A stretch of DNA of 64,000 nt from Barthelona sp. PCE. Taxonomy: Eukaryota. Where the stretch lies: positions 992,001 through 1,056,000 of the forward strand of contig JAUFOR010000004.1 of the NCBI GenBank assembly GCA_040285745.1, given 5' to 3'. Positions 10,014-20,523 of this stretch are shown one piece after another (within the stretch, counting starts at the first letter, position 1; the number at the start of each line of letters is the position of its first letter). The notes under the pieces are model-generated. The model saw only the letters and a list, made by a program, of their open reading frames with translations, searched no databases and was not told the DNA's origin. A program made the translations under genes and the position numbers.

Positions 10014-10233
10014 ACAGTTGATGATGAAAAAACTGTTGGTTAGAGGAAAAAAAATACAAAACAGCTCAGTAGATGGAAGAGGGGATGTTTATTCCTTATA
10101 AGTTGGACTGTGTACTTGTATATGCCTCTAGGGCATATACATTAACGCTATTTAGATTCACAAATCTGTTTTATCATTACTTCTCATCTTCTTTTTCAAT
10201 ACCTATTTTTGGGAGCAAAATAGAAAGCAAATA

Positions 10234-10818
10234 ATGAGATTTGAATTTTTAGGGTATGCAGATTGTCCAGATTGGCTTCTGGTAGAAATTAGCGATTTAT
10301 GCAAGTTGTCAAGTGTAAGAGTGAAGTTATTGACCAAAATGGTGTGCCTGTTCTTAATATCACCAACAAATGACATTGATTATTCCAGAGTAGAAAAGTA
10401 TATTGAAGGAACAGGTTTTTCTGTTGACGATGCAAAAGAAACGCTATCCGCCTTGCACTTCATTGTGTCAAACGCGGTAAAACACAGCACAGAGCCAACT
10501 ACATTGGCAAATGAACTGATGCAGTTGGGTTTGCATCGTGAGACGTGTAACTCCATGTGTCGTACATTTGATAAATATAGAACGGAGTTAGTTGATTGCT
10601 TAGATTCACAGCGCTTTACTAATAATGATTTTGAAGATATTAAATGGCGAGTTGATAAAATAATAGTGAATACAAGTCCTGTAGTTCATCTTCAGATTAA
10701 AGTTAATGGTGAATACAAAAAATTAGTTATGTCTAAAGAGCAATTTTTTGCGTTAAAACTTGAATTAGAAGCTTCAAGAAACAGAGTTAAGAATATTTTA
10801 AACACTTTATTTACATAA
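10234..10818 (+). CDS. COMMD4: COMM domain-containing protein 4
   Basis: N-terminus MRFEFLGYADCPDWLLVEISDLCKLSSVRVKLL is the diagnostic COMMD4 start; COMM domain 'WRVD...P'. Confidence 0.9.
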   Translation: MRFEFLGYADCPDWLLVEISDLCKLSSVRVKLLTKMVCLFLISPTNDIDYSRVEKYIEGTGFSVDDAKETLSALHFIVSNAVKHSTEPTTLANELMQLGLHRETCNSMCRTFDKYRTELVDCLDSQRFTNNDFEDIKWRVDKIIVNTSPVVHLQIKVNGEYKKLVMSKEQFFALKLELEASRNRVKNILNTLFT

Positions 10819-10854
10819 TATATATTAACAAGAATTTCAAAAAATCAAACAAAC

Positions 10855-11811
10855 TTATAATGTTGGTTGATTCATTTGAGGGTAGTAAACCGGTGCGCTG
10901 ACATAACCTGTATTTGTAACAATAGGAGTTGGACGCATAGGTGGATGTGATACAATTGGAATAATGGGTGGGCGGGTTTCATTATACGTAACACCTCCTA
11001 CAATAATAGGTTCATCCATAATAATGGCTTTTTCATTTAAGAAACAATGTTTTGAAGTTGAATATTGAACAAAGAGAGCGAAACCCCAACTTAATGCAGG
11101 ATAAACGAGCCAAGATATTTCATTATCAAGGTAATCAACATAAGCTAGATATGTTATAATACCGATATAGAATCCAAGATGGAAATTGAACAACTTCCTG
11201 CATACATTCCCGTTCCAAGAGCAAAACCACAATGACAAGATGACAGAACCATATGGGAGGATCGCATGCAGGCACCACTCACACTCGGGGTCAGTAAACC
11301 ACATAGCGGAAGAAATAGAAGCATAAATTACAAAATTGACATTAAAGGCAATTTTGGTTTTTGAACATTTTTTATCAACAGATTTCAATGCTATCCAATG
11401 GGCTAGGAATCCACCAAGTGTGGGGCCGACTATCCACGCTGACCATGGGTATGTAGGTGCTGCGAAATAGTTTAAATAGATGAATGAAATGTTCAACGCG
11501 AAAATGTTCCAAAAATGCCAAGGAATAGATGGATGTAATGTGCTGGGTGATTGGGCTTTGATTCGAGCAATAACCTCACAATAAATGAATAAGATTGGAG
11601 TGATTGGCCAGCAATAACTTGTCAAAATGTAAAAATTTCCATCTACAAGGAAATATAGGAGAAGTAAGAACAGTGCAAGACCGTTTGAAAGCATCAATTG
11701 TGTTTTAAGCGGAAAACATGATGATTCGATCATTTGTCTTTCTGAAATCGAGTTAATATGCTGCTTTGTGTACGGTTGCTGATTTGCATCGTTTTGATAC
11801 GAGCTGTGCAT
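10855..11811 (-). CDS. Membrane protein with ~4 tandem 2TM-like repeats and Pro-rich tail (paralog of 7094..8008)
   Basis: Repeats such as FNFHLGFYIGIITYLAYVDYLDNEISWLVYPALSWGFALFVQ and WHFWNIFALN...TYPWSAW...GGFLAH. Confidence 0.65.
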   Translation of the reverse strand: MHSSYQNDANQQPYTKQHINSISERQMIESSCFPLKTQLMLSNGLALFLLLLYFLVDGNFYILTSYCWPITPILFIYCEVIARIKAQSPSTLHPSIPWHFWNIFALNISFIYLNYFAAPTYPWSAWIVGPTLGGFLAHWIALKSVDKKCSKTKIAFNVNFVIYASISSAMWFTDPECEWCLHAILPYGSVILSLWFCSWNGNVCRKLFNFHLGFYIGIITYLAYVDYLDNEISWLVYPALSWGFALFVQYSTSKHCFLNEKAIIMDEPIIVGGVTYNETRPPIIPIVSHPPMRPTPIVTNTGYVSAPVYYPQMNQPTL

Positions 11812-12131
11812 CACAACTACGTTGTGTATGTGACGAGAAAGGGTTAGAAAGGCTATAGCAAGTTCACATTAAAAATAGACATATTCTTCACTTTCAATAT
11901 TTGGCATTGAATAGGTGATCACCTTTCCACTACATCATTACAAACATAAGGTGACCACTGAAAAATAGCTTTCCATTTTTTAACGCTTATACCGTTACAA
12001 TTTGCTGTTTATTGCATTCAAAGTTATTTATTGGGGACAAAATTTATTCATACCCATAAACCATCAACTCAAATTAACACATCCTATTTCTGCTATTGTT
12101 TAGAATTTTGTTTAACTTTATAAATATTTGA

Positions 12132-13337
12132 ATGCACAAGAAGGCGACAATAATACTCATATGCGTGTCATGTGCTTATCTTTTGGTCTATTTTCATAGA
12201 ATTAGTCCCACAGTATTTCTCAAATCAATATCTGAGGATATGAACATTACCAATTTATCTGAATATTCAAAATGGACATCTGCGTACTTTTTCGCCAACG
12301 CCATTGGTCAGTTGATCATAGGACCATTATTAGACGGATATTCACCGATATTTATTTTTATTTTATCACAGATTATCTCATGTTTGGGTACTATAACAAT
12401 AGCCCTAACTAATTCAGTTGATGTTTCAGCAGTAGGTAGAGCTTTAACTGGGTTTTCTGCTGCTACTACTTTTATACCAGCTCTATATATTATCGAGCGG
12501 CTCTACGATGATCAATTTAATTGGGCAAACACTGTTGTTTTCACATTTGGAGGCCTCGGAGCTATTCTTTCCAGTACACCACTTGCCATACTTGAGGAAT
12601 ATATACATTGGCGGACTATTATGATAGTACTTTTTGTTATTTCTGTTTTTCTATTGATATTTTTTGTATACGCATCAAAGAATCTTAGGTTTGAAGAAAA
12701 AGAGAAACAAAGTGTACGTTTCATTGTAAGTATTAAAAAACTCTTTTCTAACCGGAACTATTTTGTTTTATTTATTTGGATGATATCTAATACATCACAC
12801 TTTTACGTTTTGCTCCTGTTTCTGTTTGAATTCATTGAAGATTTTTATGATATTGATGATTATGTATCATGGGCTCTTACTGCTTATTCATCTTGTCTTC
12901 TTTGGGGTTCATATCTTGCTGCAGTATTGCACAAGGTCATGGGTACGCGTGTTTTGTTGGTTTCAGCACAAATTTTAGGAATTTTTTGTGTTTCATTACT
13001 GTATTTTATTGATAATCTATCAAATTTTGTTTTTCTACTTTGTGGAATTTTAGCATTTGTTTTGAGTCCTATTCAATCTGCAGTTTTCTCCTCTTTGCGT
13101 AAGTTTACTGATAAAGAGATGATGGGTGTATCTTTTGCATTTTGTAATCTGGGTACATTTATTGGTGCCTGGATTTTTCAAAGGATCGGTGGATGGATTA
13201 TAACTAGAGCTGACCGACAACGTTATGGGTATCAACAGCTTTTTATATTTGTTGGTGGTACTTTATTATTTAGTACACTAATTTCTTTACTTTATGATAA
13301 CAAGAAGGAAAAAAAATCCATTGTAATTCCTTTATAA
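12132..13337 (+). CDS. Major facilitator superfamily transporter (12 TM)
   Basis: YFHR motif in TM1, 'GQLIIGPLLDGY' motif A, 'GRALTG' motif B, 401 aa. Confidence 0.85.
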   Translation: MHKKATIILICVSCAYLLVYFHRISPTVFLKSISEDMNITNLSEYSKWTSAYFFANAIGQLIIGPLLDGYSPIFIFILSQIISCLGTITIALTNSVDVSAVGRALTGFSAATTFIPALYIIERLYDDQFNWANTVVFTFGGLGAILSSTPLAILEEYIHWRTIMIVLFVISVFLLIFFVYASKNLRFEEKEKQSVRFIVSIKKLFSNRNYFVLFIWMISNTSHFYVLLLFLFEFIEDFYDIDDYVSWALTAYSSCLLWGSYLAAVLHKVMGTRVLLVSAQILGIFCVSLLYFIDNLSNFVFLLCGILAFVLSPIQSAVFSSLRKFTDKEMMGVSFAFCNLGTFIGAWIFQRIGGWIITRADRQRYGYQQLFIFVGGTLLFSTLISLLYDNKKEKKSIVIPL

Positions 13338-14372
13338 TACATCTTCATAGTCCATTAACAACGTATTGAATTCGTTTATCATGATTTGGTCAGTTAATCT
13401 AAAAAATCTTGTGTATGCTGGTACTTTTTTTAAAAATTCTCTAACACCACTATTTAATATAAAGGAAAGTTTACCAATGGCTTCGTTATTCAATAAAACA
13501 TCTTTAATTTGAAAAAAATTATGTAACAAAATTTTTTTTCTTTCAAATGATATTTCTTCTATGCAACTATTAAGTATAAATGTTTGAATGCATCTTATCA
13601 TAATAATAGATGGTGTAGTGGTGAAGTTGAGTTCAAAAGTTATTGGAACATATTGTGGAAATTTAAATACACATGATAAATCCAGTGTTGTTCCACCAAT
13701 AAAACCTCCTAAAGGAAAAACAACTCCAATTGATGTTAACGAAAAGATTTTTTGATTGGATAACAAATTATTGATTTTTTTTATCTGCTCTTCAGATAAT
13801 ATGATTATTTCTAATGAATGAATATGACACAATAATCGCAGTAATGTACAAAGAAAAGGTGAATATATTCTTTCTAATACCGTTATAAAACTATCAAAAT
13901 AATTTCCATCTAATTCAATGGAAACATTAAGGTTATAATTAATGGTTACAAATGTTAAGTATACAATCCAAAAAAATTTTTCAAGGGGTAGTAGTCGTCT
14001 TTTTGGAAGCTGTTTCAGAAAATTATATATAAGGGTTTCTAACTGTTGAGGATCGTTAATACCAAATGCGGTATAACTGGCAAGAATAATAAAATTACAC
14101 AATTTGATCATGCGCTCTTTGCGTTTGAGCAACAATGTTCCATCTAAAAGGTCTGTGAATGTCAAAAGTGTTTGCCTCGCATCAAACAGCACGGGATATC
14201 CGAGTGGACAGAAATGGAAAGGTAATGAATACAATTCGACATATGTAGTTGCTCCTGGATCAGTAAAAGAGAACAACTGGAAAAAATAGACCCCGTTCAC
14301 CCTGACGCTCAGTTGTTTCAGTAGATCAAGAATCGGTTTGTCGATATAATTATTCTTCCTCAATTTGCTCAT
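13332..14372 (-). CDS. Hypothetical protein
   Basis: 346-aa ATG ORF in very AT-rich DNA; no family recognised. Confidence 0.55.
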   Translation of the reverse strand: MSKLRKNNYIDKPILDLLKQLSVRVNGVYFFQLFSFTDPGATTYVELYSLPFHFCPLGYPVLFDARQTLLTFTDLLDGTLLLKRKERMIKLCNFIILASYTAFGINDPQQLETLIYNFLKQLPKRRLLPLEKFFWIVYLTFVTINYNLNVSIELDGNYFDSFITVLERIYSPFLCTLLRLLCHIHSLEIIILSEEQIKKINNLLSNQKIFSLTSIGVVFPLGGFIGGTTLDLSCVFKFPQYVPITFELNFTTTPSIIMIRCIQTFILNSCIEEISFERKKILLHNFFQIKDVLLNNEAIGKLSFILNSGVREFLKKVPAYTRFFRLTDQIMINEFNTLLMDYEDVL

Positions 14373-14539
14373 TTAAAACAAAAATTTTACCCTTAACATG
14401 TCCCAAAGTCTGTATTGTACGATCTTGGCTGTTTAAAAAACACCGTTGTTAAGGAAAGAATTCAAATCTGATATGTAGTTGAATTTGTGTGTAACACCCT
14501 TTTAAACTTTGTAAAGGGTGTAATTTCCTAGTTTATACC

Positions 14540-17119
14540 ATGTTAGCATATTTTTTTGTTTACATAATTGTTTTATGTGGTTTATGTTGCAATGGTTTTG
14601 TTTACTACAACTATACGGAATCAAGTTACGTTTTTCGGTTAGAAAATCCGCAATCAGGCACATATAGTCTTGACGAATCGTTTTATTTCAGTACTGATCA
14701 GTACTTTTTTGAAGAAGAAATTGCATTCACTCTTGACTTTTCTTTTTCTTGTTCCAGTAATTTTAGCAGTGGAAACACTTTTTTTGACATTTCAGAGAAC
14801 GTTGTGGGGGTTAGTGAGTCAGATCCAGTGAGTTTGTTTTTTAAACCACTTGAATTCGGATCAGTTGAACCTTTTTTTGACTTTTTATTCATTACAGCTT
14901 CTCCACCTTCTGTGAACTCATATTCAACATTCATCAATACTGATGAAAGTAATGTTATTTTAAAGAATGGAAGTGAGTACATTTCTTTAAAGCATGTTGG
15001 TGATTCATTTTTTGTTTCTTTTTCTGATTATGAAGTCCCAAGGTGCACATCGCACAGTTATCGATCTAATTCTTCTGAAACAACTGATCATTTTATTAAT
15101 TTTTCAACAGAAAATGCATACTCATATGTTACTTTTGAAACAAATAATCAGAATACATCTTGTAATGTTAATGCAGATGCGTATAACGATGTTTTTGTGT
15201 TTTTAAAACATTCTGTTCATACACCTACTGTTAATTTTTCTAATTTAGCATTTGCTTACAGAATTGATGAAGATTGTTTGTCTGATCCTTTTTTTCCCAC
15301 TTGTTTTGATACATTAGGGATGTCAAATAGCGCCTTTGTTGATGTTATTGATAATTTTGAACCAAATTATTGTGGAAGTTACATGCTTGATAGTGAACAA
15401 TGGTCAAGGAATTTTGGTCATAATTCTTTCACTGATTGCTCCAACAACATTGGGTCATGTGTTCCAAATACTCAGGACAAAATGGGTGATTATAGTCTTT
15501 TACCTTACGGATCTAATCTAAAGAGTTTTTCTTTAAATCAAACAAAAGGTGTTATTAAACTATATTATGATTTTTTTTCTTACATTGACATAATGTTTCC
15601 GTTTTTATCAACAATCAAATTGAAGGAACCCACAGTAATAGATCTGTTTATTAGTCTTATTAGTAATTCGAGTGAGAAAAATGACGGATATTTGATTATT
15701 AGTTTTTTTAACGGTGGAACATATGAGGGTGTATATGACATCTCTGTTGAATGTGAGCATATTCAATTTGAAATTTCAAATGAAAATACGTTGGAAACGG
15801 AGATAGTTTTGCCCCATAACACAACATCAAATACAGAATATTCATTTTCTGTTGTACCCAGCTTTGAATTGATGAACGGATCATGTTCCGTTTATGTAGA
15901 TGTTAGAACAAAGCAGCTATGGTCAGATGATGACAAATCAATGAGTATTGAAATTAATTATGAATTATTTTATGGAAGGCTAGTTGATCCGTGTCTTTTA
16001 GATTTACCTAAACCATATACTACGATGCTTAATATGGAACACATCATCGATGATTCATTTAAGATTAGTGATGTTGAATTCACCATTGATTTTTCCAATG
16101 AAGGAATATTTGCAGATTATGAATACTTTGCATTCTGCAAGTTAAATCATATTGAGCACAGGATATCAAAGGTTGCTGCAGTTGCTACAAACGAACATTC
16201 CACTGAAAAACTGATTTTAAGTTTCAATCGGGAAAAGGAATTGGAAACATATATTTGTGAATTCGGAATCAAAATCATACCTAATACAATGCTATGTATC
16301 AATGAGAGTATCAATTCAACTAGCATACAGTTTAATTTGCGACCAATTGATGCTATGTATGTGACTGATAGCATGGATTACTCCTTTTTAACTGAAGCAA
16401 AACATAGTTTTTTAGTTCTTTTAACATCTGATTTATTTGGATATGTACAGTCCACACCAGCTATATATTTTATCACTGTTTTTTATATTTTTCCAATTTT
16501 TACATTAATTTTTTTATGTTATGAAAAAAAACAAATTGTTGTATCTGTTTTCAGTCATTCACAGAAACAAGTTAGCAGAAAATCTATGGCTGGTTGTGCT
16601 ACTATGAAGGGTATTGTTACTATTGAACGAGATAAATATATTGACTATTTTGAATCACGTATTGAAAAGGGTAAAAAAAAGTACCGTGGATTATATATTT
16701 ATTCGGCAAGAAAAGCAGATAATAGTTTGTTCGGAAAGATAATTCATCCACAATATGATGAATTAGATGTTATACGTACTATTGAATTTGAAGAAACTGT
16801 TAGCATAGATCGAATTGAGTTTAATGATGGTTATGAACCAGAAGATGATGTTAAGTCCTTTCATGTTATATATAGTGTTGGTAACACAGCATTTTTAGTC
16901 ATTGGGAGTCTTTTAGACTGTAATATCAACACATCTCTAACCTCTGATACATTTACTGACCATGGTACTCCCATTCAAAACGCTTTACTTGATTCAATTA
17001 ACGGCAGCAGTATAACATTGAGTTCAACGTATAGTTCAGTTATGGAATCTCGTAGCTTTATTAAAGAAGAAACTGTTCTTGAATCGATGCAAAGATATTT
17101 CAGAATGAATCACAGATAA
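14540..17119 (+). CDS. Type-I membrane protein: signal peptide, beta-rich ectodomain, one TM, cytoplasmic domain
   Basis: 859-aa ORF; hydrophobic N-terminus; TM 'AIYFITVFYIFPIFTLIFLCY'. Confidence 0.7.
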   Translation: MLAYFFVYIIVLCGLCCNGFVYYNYTESSYVFRLENPQSGTYSLDESFYFSTDQYFFEEEIAFTLDFSFSCSSNFSSGNTFFDISENVVGVSESDPVSLFFKPLEFGSVEPFFDFLFITASPPSVNSYSTFINTDESNVILKNGSEYISLKHVGDSFFVSFSDYEVPRCTSHSYRSNSSETTDHFINFSTENAYSYVTFETNNQNTSCNVNADAYNDVFVFLKHSVHTPTVNFSNLAFAYRIDEDCLSDPFFPTCFDTLGMSNSAFVDVIDNFEPNYCGSYMLDSEQWSRNFGHNSFTDCSNNIGSCVPNTQDKMGDYSLLPYGSNLKSFSLNQTKGVIKLYYDFFSYIDIMFPFLSTIKLKEPTVIDLFISLISNSSEKNDGYLIISFFNGGTYEGVYDISVECEHIQFEISNENTLETEIVLPHNTTSNTEYSFSVVPSFELMNGSCSVYVDVRTKQLWSDDDKSMSIEINYELFYGRLVDPCLLDLPKPYTTMLNMEHIIDDSFKISDVEFTIDFSNEGIFADYEYFAFCKLNHIEHRISKVAAVATNEHSTEKLILSFNREKELETYICEFGIKIIPNTMLCINESINSTSIQFNLRPIDAMYVTDSMDYSFLTEAKHSFLVLLTSDLFGYVQSTPAIYFITVFYIFPIFTLIFLCYEKKQIVVSVFSHSQKQVSRKSMAGCATMKGIVTIERDKYIDYFESRIEKGKKKYRGLYIYSARKADNSLFGKIIHPQYDELDVIRTIEFEETVSIDRIEFNDGYEPEDDVKSFHVIYSVGNTAFLVIGSLLDCNINTSLTSDTFTDHGTPIQNALLDSINGSSITLSSTYSSVMESRSFIKEETVLESMQRYFRMNHR

Positions 17120-17193
17120 TTTCAGTAAATGTCTAATTTTTGTGGATAAAATGTATAAAGAGGATAAAATAATAGCTAATTGTTCGTACTTCG

Positions 17194-18039
17194 ATGAAAA
17201 TAAATTGTACAAATTTGTTTAACCCTTTAACAATGAATGTTGAGGAATTAGAACCTTGGTCTGCAAAAGGGCTTGAGTTTACACAGCAGCTTTTTGATAA
17301 TATTGGAGATGTGCTTGAAGACTATGCAAATTTTTCTAATTTAGGGCGATGGGAGCCTGATTATGCAGCTGATACCATCTTAAATGATCAAATAGTGCTA
17401 GTACACCGCGACCCGCTGGAGTTAGAAGCAGATTGCATTTGTTTAAGCATAGATGAAAATTCACACCCTGTTGCTGAGTCATGTACATTAAAAATGGTAG
17501 ACGCCATCGGACGCCCTCTATTAGACACGCTGGATGGACTGGGTGCATTAAACCAGGGTGACATACGCACATATAGTATTGATGAGGGACAAAAGAATAT
17601 TAATTATAAGAAGGTATTTTTAGCTTGTGTACCTCCTGAAGAAAACCTTCCAACGGGTATCAAGACACTAACGGTCAATAACATTGGAAGTGTATCAGTT
17701 TTGTTGAGGTTATATCAGAAATGTTTAACTCAAGCCGTTCAGAATGATTTTGAAACAATAGTATTAACACCCTTGGCTGTATTAGAGGAACCAACAGCTA
17801 TGAAACCAGGGTATGGATTGATCCCTGCAGCACATGCAGCATTGCGTTTTGTTCGTGCATGGTTGGATGATGGAGTGAATAGTAGTTTATTAACTAAGGT
17901 AGTGTTTTGTGTCAGTTCAAAACGAGAGTATGCAGTGTATAAGGATTTGATGTTGAGGATATTCCCTATTAGTAGATTGGACCATGATGATAAAACTGTT
18001 GAAGATTTTGATATTGAATTCAGTGACTTAGAAGATTGA
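17194..18039 (+). CDS. Macro-domain protein, GDAP2-like (alternative start 17233)
   Basis: 'LNDQIVLVHRDPLELEADCI', 'LYQKCLTQA', 'AAHAALRFVRAWLD', 'YKDLMLRIFP' parallel the GDAP2/MacroD segments. Confidence 0.7.
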   Translation: MKINCTNLFNPLTMNVEELEPWSAKGLEFTQQLFDNIGDVLEDYANFSNLGRWEPDYAADTILNDQIVLVHRDPLELEADCICLSIDENSHPVAESCTLKMVDAIGRPLLDTLDGLGALNQGDIRTYSIDEGQKNINYKKVFLACVPPEENLPTGIKTLTVNNIGSVSVLLRLYQKCLTQAVQNDFETIVLTPLAVLEEPTAMKPGYGLIPAAHAALRFVRAWLDDGVNSSLLTKVVFCVSSKREYAVYKDLMLRIFPISRLDHDDKTVEDFDIEFSDLED

Positions 18040-18136
18040 TATAGAATCTCGCTCGATTGCTGCTGTTAAGATATTATATCGGTTGTAATATAGAATATTT
18101 ATTTTAAAATAAAATGCAAAGATTAATGAGTTATTT

Positions 18137-20308
18137 CTATACTAAAAGGATTGTTTCTTCAAGATTACTAATTCCGTTTAACTGTTGGTGTAATTTATCC
18201 ATTTCAAAATCATCAATTGCTAGCGACTGACGATATCCATCATAATCCATGCAACAATATAGCTCTTCAGTAACTAAATCAGCATATGAGTTTAACTGTT
18301 CAGTGAATGAACCACTATTTGTATCGACTGAGTAACGTCTACTGCTTAAAGAACTAGAACATCTACTTAATGATCTAGCTACTCGTTCAACTCGTTCTTC
18401 ATCACTAAAGTTGGTGAATTCCGAAATAAAATCTTCAGCCATTGTATATATTTCATCACATAAGTCTTGTTCGCTTTCTGTTTCTGAATCAATTTCAAAT
18501 TCATCAACTACTAAAGGACTGTTTTGTACCGGTGTCATACCACCTTGAGAATTAAAGTAAAAGTCGTTTGATGCTGTAGGAGAATGAATTGTTGAAGAAT
18601 TTCTGGATATTAGAGGACTCTTTGAAATTACAGTTTTTAGAATTTGAAGAGCTTCTTTAGCTTCTTGAGTCGCTAAATTACCATCATTATGAATCTTTGT
18701 GAATGAACTAAAAGGGTTTAAACGTCTTGATGTTTCTTTTTTCGTCTCTCTAAAGGCAATAATCATCCAAAAAATAACATATATACCAAATAAAGTATTA
18801 AATAATAAATTATTATTTATGAATGTACCTACTATTAACCAAATCAGTTCAAATATAAATAACATAATGTTAGATGTGAATATAAATCTTGAAGACAGCT
18901 TTTTGATTCCCAATCTGCGTTTTCGATTTGGATCAAGCTTTTTATGAATTGTAAAATGTGAAAAATAAGCTCTACGACCAACACGACAAGCAATATTATG
19001 AAGAAGTGATAAATTAAATACTGGAATGAGTAAGAACAATATTGATATGAACCTTACACCCTCGAGAGTGAAATCAACGATTATACGACGTGTTCTTTTA
19101 ATTGTACTAAAATCAATGTCATCATTTTCAAATTTTAAACAACCTAAATTAACGCAGTTCGTAAGATAATCAAGAATAAAAGGGTTAGCATCATGTGGGA
19201 TTCCAAAAATAGCAGGAAATGAAAGAAAATGTTTCCAACGTTTATCTGGACATTTGGCAACTGTTTCAATAAGATATTTATCAGACATTTTTAATAATTT
19301 TTCCATATCAGAGTATTCAATGTTGGTGTTGGAATAATAACTAATATAAGTTGCCAAAATACGACGTTCCATAAGATGAAGCTCATCTTTCTTTCTAAGT
19401 CTACGTATCATTTTTTTAGGCGCCATTCCAAATATAAGCACATGTATTAATGCTATATTGCCTAATAGTGAAACTAATAAGGTCATACAATATAACCAAA
19501 AAGAATTTTTGGCCAAATGGTGTAATTGTCTAACTAATGATATGATACCTAATATAAAACATCGTACTGCGAGTAGATGTATTGTTAGTTTGAACGAGCG
19601 ACGTGGAAAAGGATATATTTTATATATATACGCGTATGAAATTATGTATAACACCATAAGAGAAATTAGAAGAATAGTCGCTGAGTCAGTTATAATGAAT
19701 AAATTAGCACTTAATATTGATGTTTGTGTAAAATGAACCATCAAAAGAAACATATTTTGCATGACTGCAGGCAATATACCTGTAGTTAATGATAGTACAT
19801 GCATTAATTGTGAAAAATACTCATTATTAGTAGAAAAACTTTTGTTCAGCAATAACATGAAAATCATTGCATCAAGTAGTAGATTTAGACATCTTCTCCA
19901 CCAATAACTGATAACAAATAGTTTAGTTTTTGCTTTGAGGAATACAGAAGTTAAGGGTAAGATAATTAATATAAATACTATCATAATTAATCCTGAAAAT
20001 ATGGTAAAAAAATCTATTTCAACTACTTCAATCGGAAATGTTTCAGAAATGGAATTTCCCTCAGAATATGTGGTTATATTATATGTACCCGCCCTTCTAA
20101 AAGTATGTGCAATAGATATATAATTCTGAAAATGGTAAGTTTTATCTTCAATAGTAAAATACTCGTCACTGTTAATACGTTCAGTATAAAACACAGTGGG
20201 AAGTCCAGAAATTGCAACATTTGAAGCCCGATTTAGATTTGCGTTGACTGTATGATGCAAAGCAATAAGAATAACTGCCCAAACTATGCTAATGTTCAAA
20301 TAGTTCAT
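18137..20308 (-). CDS. Multi-pass membrane protein with signal peptide, short PKD/Ig-like ectodomain and acidic Ser-rich tail
   Basis: 'HTFRRAGTYNITT' PKD-like strand; many TM segments; 723 aa. Confidence 0.65.
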   Translation of the reverse strand: MNYLNISIVWAVILIALHHTVNANLNRASNVAISGLPTVFYTERINSDEYFTIEDKTYHFQNYISIAHTFRRAGTYNITTYSEGNSISETFPIEVVEIDFFTIFSGLIMIVFILIILPLTSVFLKAKTKLFVISYWWRRCLNLLLDAMIFMLLLNKSFSTNNEYFSQLMHVLSLTTGILPAVMQNMFLLMVHFTQTSILSANLFIITDSATILLISLMVLYIISYAYIYKIYPFPRRSFKLTIHLLAVRCFILGIISLVRQLHHLAKNSFWLYCMTLLVSLLGNIALIHVLIFGMAPKKMIRRLRKKDELHLMERRILATYISYYSNTNIEYSDMEKLLKMSDKYLIETVAKCPDKRWKHFLSFPAIFGIPHDANPFILDYLTNCVNLGCLKFENDDIDFSTIKRTRRIIVDFTLEGVRFISILFLLIPVFNLSLLHNIACRVGRRAYFSHFTIHKKLDPNRKRRLGIKKLSSRFIFTSNIMLFIFELIWLIVGTFINNNLLFNTLFGIYVIFWMIIAFRETKKETSRRLNPFSSFTKIHNDGNLATQEAKEALQILKTVISKSPLISRNSSTIHSPTASNDFYFNSQGGMTPVQNSPLVVDEFEIDSETESEQDLCDEIYTMAEDFISEFTNFSDEERVERVARSLSRCSSSLSSRRYSVDTNSGSFTEQLNSYADLVTEELYCCMDYDGYRQSLAIDDFEMDKLHQQLNGISNLEETILLV

Positions 20309-20523
20309 GATTGATCAGTGCTCTGTTTAAATGCTTCGAATCCTGATTGCACACACAAGGTGTATGATCAGGTATAAGAGTTAGAAACTTAATTATACTT
20401 CAGTATTGCTATTTGCTTTCTGTTGTTGGTTGAATGTACTTTCTCTGTGTTTTTCAAGATGATTTGATGTCCAAATTCACTTAAAGAACCGCTATTACAT
20501 TATTTCTTCTCAACATTTCTAGT

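Noticed and set aside
9039-13337. Endolysosomal gene cluster (PPT, COMMD4, MFS)
   Set aside because: Mixed orientations and unrelated neighbours; adjacency is expected at this gene density.
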